Part shown: positions 38,293 to 48,818 of the stretch, piece by piece
How positions within the stretch are numbered: position 1 is the first letter of the stretch
How the letters are laid out: the number at the start of each line of letters is the position of its first letter
NCBI GenBank assembly: GCA_040768745.1
Contig: JAXGMI010000001.1
Span: 1,344,001-1,408,000 of the forward strand
Reading direction: 5' to 3'
Length of the DNA: 64,000 bases
DNA from: Desulfomicrobium sp.
GTDB lineage: Bacteria > Desulfobacterota > Desulfovibrionia > Desulfovibrionales > Desulfomicrobiaceae
Notes under the pieces: generated by a model
What the model was told of the DNA's origin: nothing
The model's database searches: none
The model's input: only the letters and a program-made list of their open reading frames with translations
Translations under genes and position numbers: made by a program

Positions 38293-39918
38293 CTACTTGG
38301 CGAAACTGCATTTTGGGTAGGTGCACGTGTTGCACTGCAGGCAGATGCCGCCCTCGGCCAGCCGGGCCAGGCCGCGCCGCGTCACGGGCGCCCTGGCCAG
38401 CAGGCGCGGCAGGAGCACGTCCAGGCTGGTAGTCTTGAAGAACAGGGCGCAGGCCGGCACCCCCAGGACCTGGGTGCCACCGATGCGGCCGAGGAGAGTC
38501 ATGGCGCCGGGCAGCAGGGGCACGCCATGCAGGGCGTCGGTCAGCCCCGCATCCTCCAGACCCCCACAGGTCACGTCGTCGGGGTCCACGGACAGGCCGG
38601 CCGTGGTCACGATGAGATCCGCACCCAGGTCCAGGAGTTTTTTCACGCCTTCGGCGATGGCCCGGCGGTCGTCGGGGGCGAATTCCTCACCGATCACCGC
38701 GGAGCCCAACGCCTCGGCCTTGGCGCGGATGATGGGGGCGAAGCGGTCTTCGATGAGGCCCTGGAAAACCTCGGTGCCCGTGACGAGCACCCCGACCCGG
38801 GCCTGGCGCAGAGGCAGGACCGACAGCAGCGGGATTTCGCCCAGGGCGGCCAGGGCCCGACTGAAATTTTCGCGCGATAGGAAGAGGGGGATGGCCCTGG
38901 TTCCGGCCACGGGGCGGCCTTCCTCCACCAGCGCGTACTGCTGGCGCGTGGCGCACATGACATGAGGCACGAGGTTGAAGCGTTCCAGGGCCTCCAGGTC
39001 CACCTGCAGCAGGCCTGCTGAAGCCGCATGAAAGTCGATTTTCCCCTCTCTCGGAGTGTGCGAGTAGGTGATGCCGTCCCCGGCCATCCGTTTCGCGAAG
39101 GCCAGGGCCGCCTCGTTCTCGTGGATCCAGGCGCCGTCGGGCAGGCTTTCGTCCTGGACATAGACCGTGTTGCGGCCCATCTGCTGCAATCGGCAGACGT
39201 CCCCGGCGGTGATGGTCTGGCCGGCGGTGAACTCGGCGCCCTTGCTCTCGCCGGGCACAATGCGGGTCATGTCGTGAAGGGCCTTGCGGCCTACGGCCTC
39301 AGCCACGGGAACGCGGGTCGGCCGGGCCGTGTCGCAGGCGGCTATAGCACCGGATTCGACATAGGGCGTCTCGCCCTGGCAGCCGCGGCAGATGGCTCCG
39401 TCGCTGAGGGGATAGGCCTCGCGGCAGATCGGGCAGGCCCCGATGCGGGTCATGTGCGCATGTCCCAGCAGGCGCGGCTGGACCGTGATCTTCCCCAGGC
39501 ACAGGATGCTGTCCCCGGCCTCCTCGATCTCGCGGAACAGGGCCTCGGTGTCCTGCTCCTTCTTGGGCGTGAGCTTCAGGAACCATCCCTTGATGTTGGG
39601 CCAGGCTTCCAGTTTGTCCAGGTCCACGCTGACGCGCACCCCTTCGCCCGTATTCTTGTCGAAGAGGGACACGGCATAGCGGCCGAGGTTGACGATCCTC
39701 ATCCAGCCGTTGCCCGTGCTGCACAGAGTCAGGAGCTGCACGGCGTCGGGCAGGCATTTTTTGCTTTCCACCACCGCCTCGAAGAGGATGCCCGCCGGCA
39801 GGGCGGCCTTGGCCATCTCCACCATGTACCCGCCTATGAGCAGGCCCGGGGCCGGGTAACCGTGGAACGCCGCGGCCTTGTCCTTGAATTCCTGGAAGGT
39901 GTAGGGCCCGATGTGCAT
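38293..39918 (-). CDS. FmdE-domain / molybdopterin-binding (MoeA-like) fusion protein
   Basis: N-terminal FHGYPAPGLLIG...CLPDAVQLLT.CSTGN, CPIC..CRGC, C-terminal TGTEV...TAGLSVDPDDVT...PGAM, CLQCNTCTYPKC. Confidence 0.85.
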   Translation of the reverse strand: MHIGPYTFQEFKDKAAAFHGYPAPGLLIGGYMVEMAKAALPAGILFEAVVESKKCLPDAVQLLTLCSTGNGWMRIVNLGRYAVSLFDKNTGEGVRVSVDLDKLEAWPNIKGWFLKLTPKKEQDTEALFREIEEAGDSILCLGKITVQPRLLGHAHMTRIGACPICREAYPLSDGAICRGCQGETPYVESGAIAACDTARPTRVPVAEAVGRKALHDMTRIVPGESKGAEFTAGQTITAGDVCRLQQMGRNTVYVQDESLPDGAWIHENEAALAFAKRMAGDGITYSHTPREGKIDFHAASAGLLQVDLEALERFNLVPHVMCATRQQYALVEEGRPVAGTRAIPLFLSRENFSRALAALGEIPLLSVLPLRQARVGVLVTGTEVFQGLIEDRFAPIIRAKAEALGSAVIGEEFAPDDRRAIAEGVKKLLDLGADLIVTTAGLSVDPDDVTCGGLEDAGLTDALHGVPLLPGAMTLLGRIGGTQVLGVPACALFFKTTSLDVLLPRLLARAPVTRRGLARLAEGGICLQCNTCTYPKCSFAK

Positions 39919-40124
39919 GTTTTCCTCGTAAAGAGAAGGTGATGTCCGATCGCGGAGCCCTATCAGTCAGAAGGGGCCTATCAATAATACATATGTGTGA
40001 TCGGTTAAATTATTTTCAAATCGAATTGGACTCAAGAATAAATTTCAGGCAATTTTATAGCTGAAATTTATGATACAGTTTCTCGCAGAAAATAATTTCA
40101 AGCATTTCCCTTCAGGATTATTGG

Positions 40125-41282
40125 ATGAGTTCTTTTCAAGACACGCCCGCAAGTCTTAAATTTTTCAACACATTCAGCGAGCATTGTCTGGCGGTGCTGG
40201 AAGCGGCCCGCGTAGCCGGGAAACCCGTGGCCGGCGTCTATTGCATCTATGCCCCGCTGGAGGTCATCCGCGCCGCCGGGGCCGTTCCCATCGGGTTGTG
40301 CGGCAAACGCCAGGCGCCCATCCAGGCCGCCGAGGAAGTGCTCCCGGCCAGCCTCTGCCCGCTGATCAAGTCCAGCTACGGATACGCCAAGACCGACACC
40401 TGCCCATTCTTCTCGGCTTCTGATTTCGTCATCGCCGAGACTACCTGCGACGGGAAGAAGAAGATGTACGAGTTTCTCAGGCGGATCAAACCCCTCCACC
40501 TCATGCATTTGCCGTACGATCCGTCCCTGCCCGGCGCGCTGCAGTTCTGGCTGGACGAGGTAGGGCGCCTGTGCGGGTTCCTGGACGCGCACGGTGGCAG
40601 CGCACTCACCGATGCGAGGCTGCTGGAGGAAATCACCGTCCAGAACGCCATCCGCGACCTGCTGTGGGACATCGTGCGGGTCAACGCCGACGGGGCGCCC
40701 ATCCTGACGGGTATGCAGCTTCTGCCTGTCCTGGAAAGCAAGAGCTTCATGGTCGAGGCCGAACCCTACCTGGCCGCCCTTCAGGGCCTGCGCGACGAAC
40801 TCGCGGACAGACGCGCACTCGGTCAGGCAGGAGTCCCGGCGCACCGGCCCAGAATCCTGCTGACCGGCACGCCCGTGGGCAAGGGGTCCCACAAGGTGCT
40901 GCAGCTCATCGAGGAGAGCGGGGGCGTGGTGGTCTGCCTGGACAACTGCAGCGGGATCAAGGGGCTGGACAAACCCGTCGAGACCACCGGAGACCTTCTG
41001 GCGAACGTGGCCCGCCGGTATCTGGACATCCCCTGCGCCTGCATGAGCCCCAACCCCGGCCGGGTGGAGGCCACCCACTCCCTGTGCCGGGATTTCCGCA
41101 TCCAGGGCATCGTTGACCTGACCTGGCAGGGTTGCCATGGCTTCAACGTCGAATCCCGCATCGTGCGGGAGACCGCCGAGGGTCTGGGCACGCCCTTCCT
41201 GCAGGTCGAAACCGGGTACTCGGAATCCGACACCGAACAGATCCGGACGCGCGTCGAAGCGTTTCTGGAATCGATATCCTGA
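40125..41282 (+). CDS. Double-cubane-type anaerobic reductase (2-hydroxyacyl-CoA dehydratase family), paralog 1
   Basis: LCPLIKSSYG, TCPF, ETTCDGKKKMYE, DNCSG, PCAC, GCH, ET.YS.SD.EQ.RTRVEAF. Confidence 0.85.
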   Translation: MSSFQDTPASLKFFNTFSEHCLAVLEAARVAGKPVAGVYCIYAPLEVIRAAGAVPIGLCGKRQAPIQAAEEVLPASLCPLIKSSYGYAKTDTCPFFSASDFVIAETTCDGKKKMYEFLRRIKPLHLMHLPYDPSLPGALQFWLDEVGRLCGFLDAHGGSALTDARLLEEITVQNAIRDLLWDIVRVNADGAPILTGMQLLPVLESKSFMVEAEPYLAALQGLRDELADRRALGQAGVPAHRPRILLTGTPVGKGSHKVLQLIEESGGVVVCLDNCSGIKGLDKPVETTGDLLANVARRYLDIPCACMSPNPGRVEATHSLCRDFRIQGIVDLTWQGCHGFNVESRIVRETAEGLGTPFLQVETGYSESDTEQIRTRVEAFLESIS

Positions 41283-41348
41283 CGGACTGTATCTGCAGAT
41301 CGTTCAAAAATGGCCTCTAACCTCATCCATTGATTGAAGGAGACATGC

Positions 41349-42464
41349 ATGACTTTTCGGGCAACACGACTCATCGGTTTCATCGGTCTGTTCATGGCCG
41401 CGGCGTCCTTCCTGGCCGCAACGCAGTCCCCGGCGGGGGACAAGCTTCCGGAACTCAACGTGGGCTACATCTACACCACCCATCACTCGCCCTTCATCGT
41501 GGCCATGGCCAAGGGTGAGGAGTTCCGCGATTTCGGGGTGTACCTGCGTCCCGTCGTGGACAAGATGAAGTACGAGCTCATGGACGGCGACACGCCGCTG
41601 GCCCTGTTCAACATCATCGTCAACAAGAGCGGCGCCGAGACCACGACCATGTTCGCCCAGGGCAACATGGACATGGCCCTGGCCTCGGGCACGGCCATCA
41701 TGGCCGGCATCGACCAGGGCACGAAGATGAAGATCCTGTGCCCCACCCACGTCGACGGCATGAGCCTCGTCTTCCCGCCCCAGAGCACCCTGAGCGGCTG
41801 GGACCAGGTGGCCGCGCACATCAAGGCTGCCCAGCAGCCCGTCAAGATCGGCTACCATTCCCCGACCAGCGCCCCGCGCATCGTCATCGAGGGCGCCCTG
41901 AAACAGGCCGGCTTCACGGTCACCCAGGACGCCAACCAGCAGCACGCCGACGTGCTGCTCGTGGACCTGAAGGACACAGCCAACTTCATCCCGGCCCTGA
42001 CCAGCGGGCAGGTGGACGCCTGGGTCGGGCCTGCGCCGCATCCCGAGGTCTCCGAGATGAAGAAGGTCGGGCACATCGCCCTGGACCTGCGCGACCTGCC
42101 GCCCGCCGGCGCCTGGCACAACTTCCCCTGCTGCGTGCTGGCCGCCAGGGACGAGGTCATCGCCGCCAATCCGGTCGCGGTCGGCAAGACCGTCGAACTG
42201 CTGGGGAAGAGCGCCGAGTGGTGCAACGGACACAAGGCGGAGGAGGGCAAGGCCATGGCGGCCTGGACCGGCTCGCCGGCCGAAGCCGTCGAAAAGTCCA
42301 ACATCGTTTTCACCACCGCGGCCACGGAAAACTGGATGAAGGGCCAGGGCACGTATCTGGACATGCTCAATTCCATGGACAAGTTCCGGGGGCAGCTCAA
42401 GGGCAAGACCCTGCACGAAGCCCAGGACGTCCTCTTCGATCTCCGCTTCACGACCACGAAATAA
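41349..42464 (+). CDS. ABC transporter substrate-binding protein (SsuA/TauA/NMT1-like)
   Basis: Signal peptide; GYIYTTHH and HNFPCCV motifs; first gene of an SBP-permease-ATPase set. Confidence 0.85.
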   Translation: MTFRATRLIGFIGLFMAAASFLAATQSPAGDKLPELNVGYIYTTHHSPFIVAMAKGEEFRDFGVYLRPVVDKMKYELMDGDTPLALFNIIVNKSGAETTTMFAQGNMDMALASGTAIMAGIDQGTKMKILCPTHVDGMSLVFPPQSTLSGWDQVAAHIKAAQQPVKIGYHSPTSAPRIVIEGALKQAGFTVTQDANQQHADVLLVDLKDTANFIPALTSGQVDAWVGPAPHPEVSEMKKVGHIALDLRDLPPAGAWHNFPCCVLAARDEVIAANPVAVGKTVELLGKSAEWCNGHKAEEGKAMAAWTGSPAEAVEKSNIVFTTAATENWMKGQGTYLDMLNSMDKFRGQLKGKTLHEAQDVLFDLRFTTTK

Positions 42465-42516
42465 CCACGACCGCCGGCTCCCCGTGCGGGGGTCGGCGGA
42501 TTCCCGGTATCCGCAG

Positions 42517-43350
42517 ATGCACACATTCTCCCACCGAGTTCTGGCCCTGGCCACCCTGGCCGCTTTCCTGGTCATCTGGGCCTGGGCCGCCTCCGTCATC
42601 GGCAACAGCGTCATCCTGCCCACCGTCGGCCAGGTCGCCGCGCTGCTCGCCAGCCCCGGCCAGGACCTGCTCAGCATGGGCTCGCTGCTGACCAACATCG
42701 GGGTCAGCCTGCTGCGGGTGCTGCTGGGCTACGGCGTGGCCGTGGTCGTCGGCATCCCCCTGGGAATCGGCATGGGCTACTACAGCGTGATGCACACCAT
42801 GCTCGGCGACTTCCTCAATCTTTTCCGCCCCATCCCGCCCCTGGCCTGGGTGCCCCTGGTCATGGCCTGGTTCGGCATCGCCAGCCTGGCCGATCTGTTC
42901 GGCGTCGACCGGGGCCAGTGGTTCGTCTATCTGAGCAATTTCAAGTATTCGATGATCTTCATCATCTTCATCGGCGCCTTCTACCCGGTGCTGACCAGCA
43001 GCATCCACGGCGTGCGCAACGCCAACCGCGTCTTCATCGACACGGCCAGGGTTCTGGGCGCGAGCCAGTTCGACATCTTCCGCAAGATCCTCCTGCCGGC
43101 CGCCATGCCGTCCATGGTCAACGGCATGCGCATCGGCCTGGGCGTGGCCTGGATGTGCCTGGTCTCGGCCGAGATGCTGCCGGGCAGCATCTCGGGGGTG
43201 GGCTACCTCATCACCCACGCCTACACCATGGCATCAACGGACATCGTCGTGGCCGGCATGGTCGGAATCGGCCTGACCGGGGCCCTCATGGACTGGCTCT
43301 TCCGCCGCGTGGAGCGCCGTTGCTTCTCGTGGCAGCGCCTGGCGAGGTAA
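42517..43350 (+). CDS. ABC transporter permease (SsuC/TauC-like)
   Basis: RPIPPLAWVPL, EAA-loop ARVLGAS, WMCLVSAEM. Confidence 0.92.
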   Translation: MHTFSHRVLALATLAAFLVIWAWAASVIGNSVILPTVGQVAALLASPGQDLLSMGSLLTNIGVSLLRVLLGYGVAVVVGIPLGIGMGYYSVMHTMLGDFLNLFRPIPPLAWVPLVMAWFGIASLADLFGVDRGQWFVYLSNFKYSMIFIIFIGAFYPVLTSSIHGVRNANRVFIDTARVLGASQFDIFRKILLPAAMPSMVNGMRIGLGVAWMCLVSAEMLPGSISGVGYLITHAYTMASTDIVVAGMVGIGLTGALMDWLFRRVERRCFSWQRLAR

Positions 43351-43363
43351 AAAGGTGGATCAT

Positions 43364-44137
<774 letters not shown>

Positions 44138-44224
44138 GCACGGGATCATCGCGGGCGAAGCGGGCGCTTCGGACCCGCGTCACGTTCACAGACTGTTGCG
44201 TTCAACCCCAACCAGGAGGCTTGT

Positions 44225-44434
44225 ATGCGTTACGGAGCACGGAACCAGATCAAGGCCAAGGTCGTGTCGGTCAAGAAGGGCGACGTCATGTCCCAGGTGC
44301 GCTTCACTGTGGAGAATCCCCATGAGATGCAGTCGGTCCTGACCACCGAGTCCGTTGAGGACCTCGACCTCAAGCCCGGCGAGACCGTCCTGCTGGCGGT
44401 CAAGGCCGTCCACGTCATCCCGATCAAGGAATGA
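44225..44434 (+). CDS. TOBE/molbindin (Mop-like) molybdate/tungstate-binding protein
   Basis: GARNQIKAKV, SVLTTESVEDLDL..G..V...VKA..V; AGGAGG RBS. Confidence 0.9.
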   Translation: MRYGARNQIKAKVVSVKKGDVMSQVRFTVENPHEMQSVLTTESVEDLDLKPGETVLLAVKAVHVIPIKE

Positions 44435-44494
44435 CCAGCAGGCGGACATGGGCGACCGTGTCCGCCTGCCGTCCTTCCGCCGCGCCCTCCCCGC

Positions 44495-45259
44495 CTAGAA
44501 CGACTCCAGCCTTTCGCGCAGCGCCGAATCGCTGCCTTCGATATCCCGTGGAGCAAGGCGGCCGTGAATCGTCTTGTCCCGCAGGACGAGGATGTCGTCC
44601 GCCTGCCGGACCGCGAAGTCCGCACCGTGGGAGACGACCACCATCGTGTAGCGCCCCTTCAGGCTCGTCAGCAGTTCCTCGATGCCCTTGGCCGCGGTGT
44701 AGTCCAGGGACGAGGTCGGCTCGTCCAGCAACAGGACCTGCGGGTTCATGGCCAGGGCGCGGGCCAGGCAGAGCCGCTGCTGCTGCCCCCCCGAAAGGGT
44801 CCGGGCGTCGGCCCCGAGGCGGTCCGACACCTCGTCCCACAGGCGGGCTTCCTCCAAGGCCATTCTCGCCGCCTCCCGGGCCTGTCCGCGCGTGAACCCG
44901 TGCACGGTGACCAGAGGCATGGCGATGTTGTTCTCGATGCTCATGGGCAGGACGTTGGGGTGCTGGAAGACCATGCCGACCAGCCGCCGCAGTTCGGGCA
45001 GGGGAAGTTCGTCGTCGTAGGTCCGGACGACCCTGTCGTCGAGATGCAGGAGCACCTCGCCGGTCGTCCTGCAGCCGGGAAAACACTCGTTCAGACGGTT
45101 CAGGATGCGCAGGAACGTGGTCTTGCCCGAGCCGGAGCGCCCCATGACGAAGGTCGCCGCCCCCTTCGAGATCTCGACGTTCAATCCCGCGAGAATCTCT
45201 CGGCCGGCCAGGATCACCCCGACGTCGCGTAGCGTGAAAACAGGATTCAGCGTCTCCAA
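44495..45259 (-). CDS. PstB-like ABC ATP-binding protein
   Basis: GRSGSGKTT.LR.LNRLN, VGMVFQHPN, LSGGQQQRLCLARAL, DEPTSSLD; likely TTG start at 45259. Confidence 0.88.
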   Translation of the reverse strand: METLNPVFTLRDVGVILAGREILAGLNVEISKGAATFVMGRSGSGKTTFLRILNRLNECFPGCRTTGEVLLHLDDRVVRTYDDELPLPELRRLVGMVFQHPNVLPMSIENNIAMPLVTVHGFTRGQAREAARMALEEARLWDEVSDRLGADARTLSGGQQQRLCLARALAMNPQVLLLDEPTSSLDYTAAKGIEELLTSLKGRYTMVVVSHGADFAVRQADDILVLRDKTIHGRLAPRDIEGSDSALRERLESF

Positions 45260-47046
45260 TTTCTCTCCATTCCGGTTTGCAGGGCGCGGGCGCACCCGTA
45301 CAGCAGGACCGTCAGACCGAGCAGGGTCAGGGCGGCGCCGAAGCCTTTGTTCAGGTCGGCCCGGCTCTGGTATTGGCCGGCCAGGTAGTAGATGGTGAAC
45401 GGCAATGCCTCGAATTTCTCGAAGAGCCCCCTTGGCAGCCCGCCGGTGGCCACCACCCCGGTCAGCAGGATGACGGCCGTGTCCTCGGCCGCACGGCCCA
45501 TGGACAGGACGACGCCTCCGAGCATCCCCGGGCTGGCGGCCGGCAGTAGGATGCGGCGCAGGCTCTGCCAGCTCGTCATGCCCAGGCTCGGGCCCAGCAG
45601 GCGCAGGTCCTCGGGCAGACTCTCCAGGGCCTGGGCCGTGGCGTTGACGGTGTACGGCAGGACGAGCAGCGCGATGCACACGGCCGAGAGGAGCAGGCAG
45701 GTGTTGGATTCGGGGGCGACAGTGTGCCGCAGGAAGATGATCAGGGAAAAACCGAACAGCCCCATGACGATGGACGGTACCCCGGCCAGGGCGTTGGCCG
45801 AGAAGCCCAGCGCCCTGCCCCATGGGCCGTGGAGGTACTGCGACAGGGCGATGCCGCCCCCGATGCCGGCGGGGATGGCCATGAGCGAGGCCAGGACGAC
45901 CAGGACCACTGTCCCGGCGCAGGCGGAGAAAAGGCCATCCCAGACCGGTTCGCGGCCAAGGATGGCGGCCAGCGCCGGCGCGTCGCCGAAAAAGAGCCGC
46001 AGGTCCATGACGGGCAGGCTCCGGACCAACAGGAAAACGAGCAGTGCGCCGATGGCCCCAATCACCAGGGCGCTGGACAGTGCCGACCAGGCGAAGATGA
46101 ATGCGCGGCACCAGGGCCGGGCGGCCAGGAACGCGAGCAGGGTCAGCCGTCGGCCCTCGACAAGCCTGACGTTGTTCCCGGCGCGCACGGCCGCCTGCAC
46201 GGCCAGGCTGACGGAAAACAGGATCAGTCCGCAGGCGAAGAGGGAATGAAAGGCCGGCGAGCTGTTGTCCGTGGCCACCACCAGGGCAATGTGCGCCGTC
46301 AGGGTGCGCACGGAATCGAAGAACGAGTCGGGGAACTGCGGCGCGTTGCCGGCCAGCATCAGGGGGATGAGGGTGTCGCTCAGGGCCCGGCAGTAGCCCA
46401 TGATGGCCGCGGTGCGCAGCCCTGCGCCCGAGCCCGGCAGAACGACCAGGAGCAGGGCCTGCAGCGGGGAGAAGCCAAGGCTGGCGCTGGTCAGGCGGGT
46501 CCGGGCCTCGGCTTCACGCATGGCCTCATGCAGAAAAAGGACGACCGTCGGCAGCACGAGCAGGGCCAGGGTCAGGCCGGCGGCCAGCAGGGACGGTCCG
46601 CTGCCACCCAGGACCTTCTTGACCAGGGGGATGAGCAGGAAGACGGACACGAAGCCGTAGACCACCGTCGGGATGGCCGTCATGAACGTGACCACGGCCA
46701 GGGTCGCGCGTCGGAGCGCCCCGCCCCACGGTCCGCAGATGAAGAGGCAGACGCCGATGCCTACCGGATAGGTCAGTGTGAAGGCCGACACGCTCAGGGC
46801 CAGGGAGCCGACGACCATGGGCAGGACGCCGTAGAGCCCCTGGTACGGACGCCATGTCGCCGACAAGATCTGGCCCCATTGCCCCTGGACGAAAAGGGGC
46901 AGGCTCAGCACCGCCAGAAAGACGAAGATGGCGGCCAGGGTGGCCAGGGAGACGAAACCCGCCCCGCAGGACACGAACCTGGCCGCGCGATCGAAAAAAA
47001 ACTGCCGGCGGAAGATGTTCCGCCGACAGGTCGATTCCAGATTCAT
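45247..47046 (-). CDS. Fused PstC-PstA-like ABC permease
   Basis: Two permease repeats: TAIPTVVYG...RALSDT and AGVPSIVMGLFG...GRAAEDTA. Confidence 0.88.
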   Translation of the reverse strand: MNLESTCRRNIFRRQFFFDRAARFVSCGAGFVSLATLAAIFVFLAVLSLPLFVQGQWGQILSATWRPYQGLYGVLPMVVGSLALSVSAFTLTYPVGIGVCLFICGPWGGALRRATLAVVTFMTAIPTVVYGFVSVFLLIPLVKKVLGGSGPSLLAAGLTLALLVLPTVVLFLHEAMREAEARTRLTSASLGFSPLQALLLVVLPGSGAGLRTAAIMGYCRALSDTLIPLMLAGNAPQFPDSFFDSVRTLTAHIALVVATDNSSPAFHSLFACGLILFSVSLAVQAAVRAGNNVRLVEGRRLTLLAFLAARPWCRAFIFAWSALSSALVIGAIGALLVFLLVRSLPVMDLRLFFGDAPALAAILGREPVWDGLFSACAGTVVLVVLASLMAIPAGIGGGIALSQYLHGPWGRALGFSANALAGVPSIVMGLFGFSLIIFLRHTVAPESNTCLLLSAVCIALLVLPYTVNATAQALESLPEDLRLLGPSLGMTSWQSLRRILLPAASPGMLGGVVLSMGRAAEDTAVILLTGVVATGGLPRGLFEKFEALPFTIYYLAGQYQSRADLNKGFGAALTLLGLTVLLYGCARALQTGMERNWRR

Positions 47047-47050
47047 GCCG

Positions 47051-47881
47051 CTACTTGATGGGGATGTAGCCGGCCTTGGAAATGATGTCCGTGCACTCCG
47101 GCCCCGTGACGTAGTCGATGAAGAGCTTCGTCAGGCCCTGGGGCTGGCCCTTGGTGTTCATGAACAGCTTGCGGGCGACCTTGTAGGCGCCGGATTTGGC
47201 GTTGTCCTGGGAAGGCTCCACGCCGTCCAACTTGGGCGCCTTGACCTCGGCGTCCACGAAACCGATGCTCATGTAGCCGATGGCCTGGGCATCCTGGGAC
47301 ACGGCGACCTTCATGGCCCCGTTGGAGGCGACCACGTTGGCCTTGTCGGCGATGGCGCCCTTCTTGAGCAGCTTCTCCCAGAACACCTCGCGCGTTCCGC
47401 TGGCCTCATCGCGCGTGTAGAGGGTGATGGCCGCGTCGGCGCCGCCCACTTCCTTCCAGTTGGCGATCTTGCCCGCGAAGATGTCCTGCACCTGGGCGGC
47501 GGTCAGTTCGGCTACGCCGTTGGCCGGGTTCAGGATCACGGTCACGCCGTCCACGGCGAAGGGGAAGGACACGAGCCCGTACTTGGCCACCTCGTCCTCG
47601 GACAGGGCGCGGCCCGTGTTGCCGATGTCCACCAGCCCCTCGCCGGCCTTCTGCACTCCCACGCCGGTGCCGCCGCCTTCGACGGTGATGCGGATGTCTG
47701 GGTTCGCGGTCATGATGCGCTTGGCCGCCTCGTTCATGACCGGGATGTGCGCCGTGCCGCCGGCGATGTCGATCTTGCCCTTCTGCCCGGCGAACTGCTG
47801 GAGCATGTCGGCGCCAGCCGTGCCGCATACGAGGAAAAGAGCCGCCAGGGCAACGAGTACGCAATGCATGGAACGTTTCAT
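47051..47881 (-). CDS. PstS-like substrate-binding protein
   Basis: Signal peptide; IAGGTAH, GGGTGVG, RDEASGTRE, ARKLFM. Confidence 0.85.
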   Translation of the reverse strand: MKRSMHCVLVALAALFLVCGTAGADMLQQFAGQKGKIDIAGGTAHIPVMNEAAKRIMTANPDIRITVEGGGTGVGVQKAGEGLVDIGNTGRALSEDEVAKYGLVSFPFAVDGVTVILNPANGVAELTAAQVQDIFAGKIANWKEVGGADAAITLYTRDEASGTREVFWEKLLKKGAIADKANVVASNGAMKVAVSQDAQAIGYMSIGFVDAEVKAPKLDGVEPSQDNAKSGAYKVARKLFMNTKGQPQGLTKLFIDYVTGPECTDIISKAGYIPIK

Positions 47882-48038
47882 TTCAGCCTCCCATTGAAAA
47901 ATATATTTGAAGTTCTGTTATCCCATCCGAATGATTGGGACAAATAGTTACGTCAAATCTGACGACCCGTTTTGCATCGAAAAAATCGATCACATCGAGC
48001 ATGCGGAAGCGTTCCGCCCCATCAAAGTCCCCCGCTCT

Positions 48039-48818
48039 CTACGCGCTTTCCAGGGCCAGTTTCTCGCCCCACAGGGCCGCGCCCAGAGCACCAGTCATGT
48101 CGGGTTCCTCGGGGACAAGCAGGGTCTCGCCTTCAACGGTGCCGGTCTGCTCGGCCAGCAGCCTGCGCATGCACGGGTTGTGCGCCACGCCGCCGACGAA
48201 CACGAGAGGAAGGTTCAGCCCGACACGCTGCAGCATGTTCACGGTACGCCGGACGATGGACAGATGCAGGCCCAGGGCGATGTTCTCGGGGCGGACCCCC
48301 TGGGCCATGAGGGACGTGGCCTCGGTTTCGGCGAAGACCGTGCACATGGAGTTGATGATGGGCGGAGCGTCCCCGAAGAGGGCGTAGAGGCCGAATTCCT
48401 GCACAGGAATCTGGAAGATCTGGGCCGTGTATTCCAGGAACTTGCCCGTGCCCGCCGCGCAGCGGTCGTTCATCTCGAACTTGCCCACGCGCCCGCCGGG
48501 CAGCAGGGCGATGGCCTTGGTGTCCTGGCCGCCGATGTCCAGCAAGGTGCGAGCCTCGGGGTAATGCCGTGCCGCGCCCAGGCCGTGGGCCTTGATCTCG
48601 GTGATGGTCTCCACCGGAAAACCCAAATCCAGGTCCTGAACCAGCTTGCGGCCGTAGCCCGTGGCCACGGCCCGGCGCGCCGAGAGGCCGTCCAGGAGCG
48701 CGCGCAGTTGGGCCACGGGGTTGAAGGTGGTGGGGGCGCGGCGTTTTTCCACCACCTCGTCCCCGGCCATGCCGACCACTTCGATGGATCGGGAGCCGAT
48801 GTCGATGCCCAGGATCAT
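48039..48818 (-). CDS. ATP-dependent [4Fe-4S] activase (HgdC/DCCP-reductase-like, ASKHA family)
   Basis: GIDIGS, TGYGR, DIGGQDTK, MNDRCAAGTG, SMCTVFAE, GGVA.N; ATG 48818 overlaps the upstream stop. Confidence 0.92.
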   Translation of the reverse strand: MILGIDIGSRSIEVVGMAGDEVVEKRRAPTTFNPVAQLRALLDGLSARRAVATGYGRKLVQDLDLGFPVETITEIKAHGLGAARHYPEARTLLDIGGQDTKAIALLPGGRVGKFEMNDRCAAGTGKFLEYTAQIFQIPVQEFGLYALFGDAPPIINSMCTVFAETEATSLMAQGVRPENIALGLHLSIVRRTVNMLQRVGLNLPLVFVGGVAHNPCMRRLLAEQTGTVEGETLLVPEEPDMTGALGAALWGEKLALESA

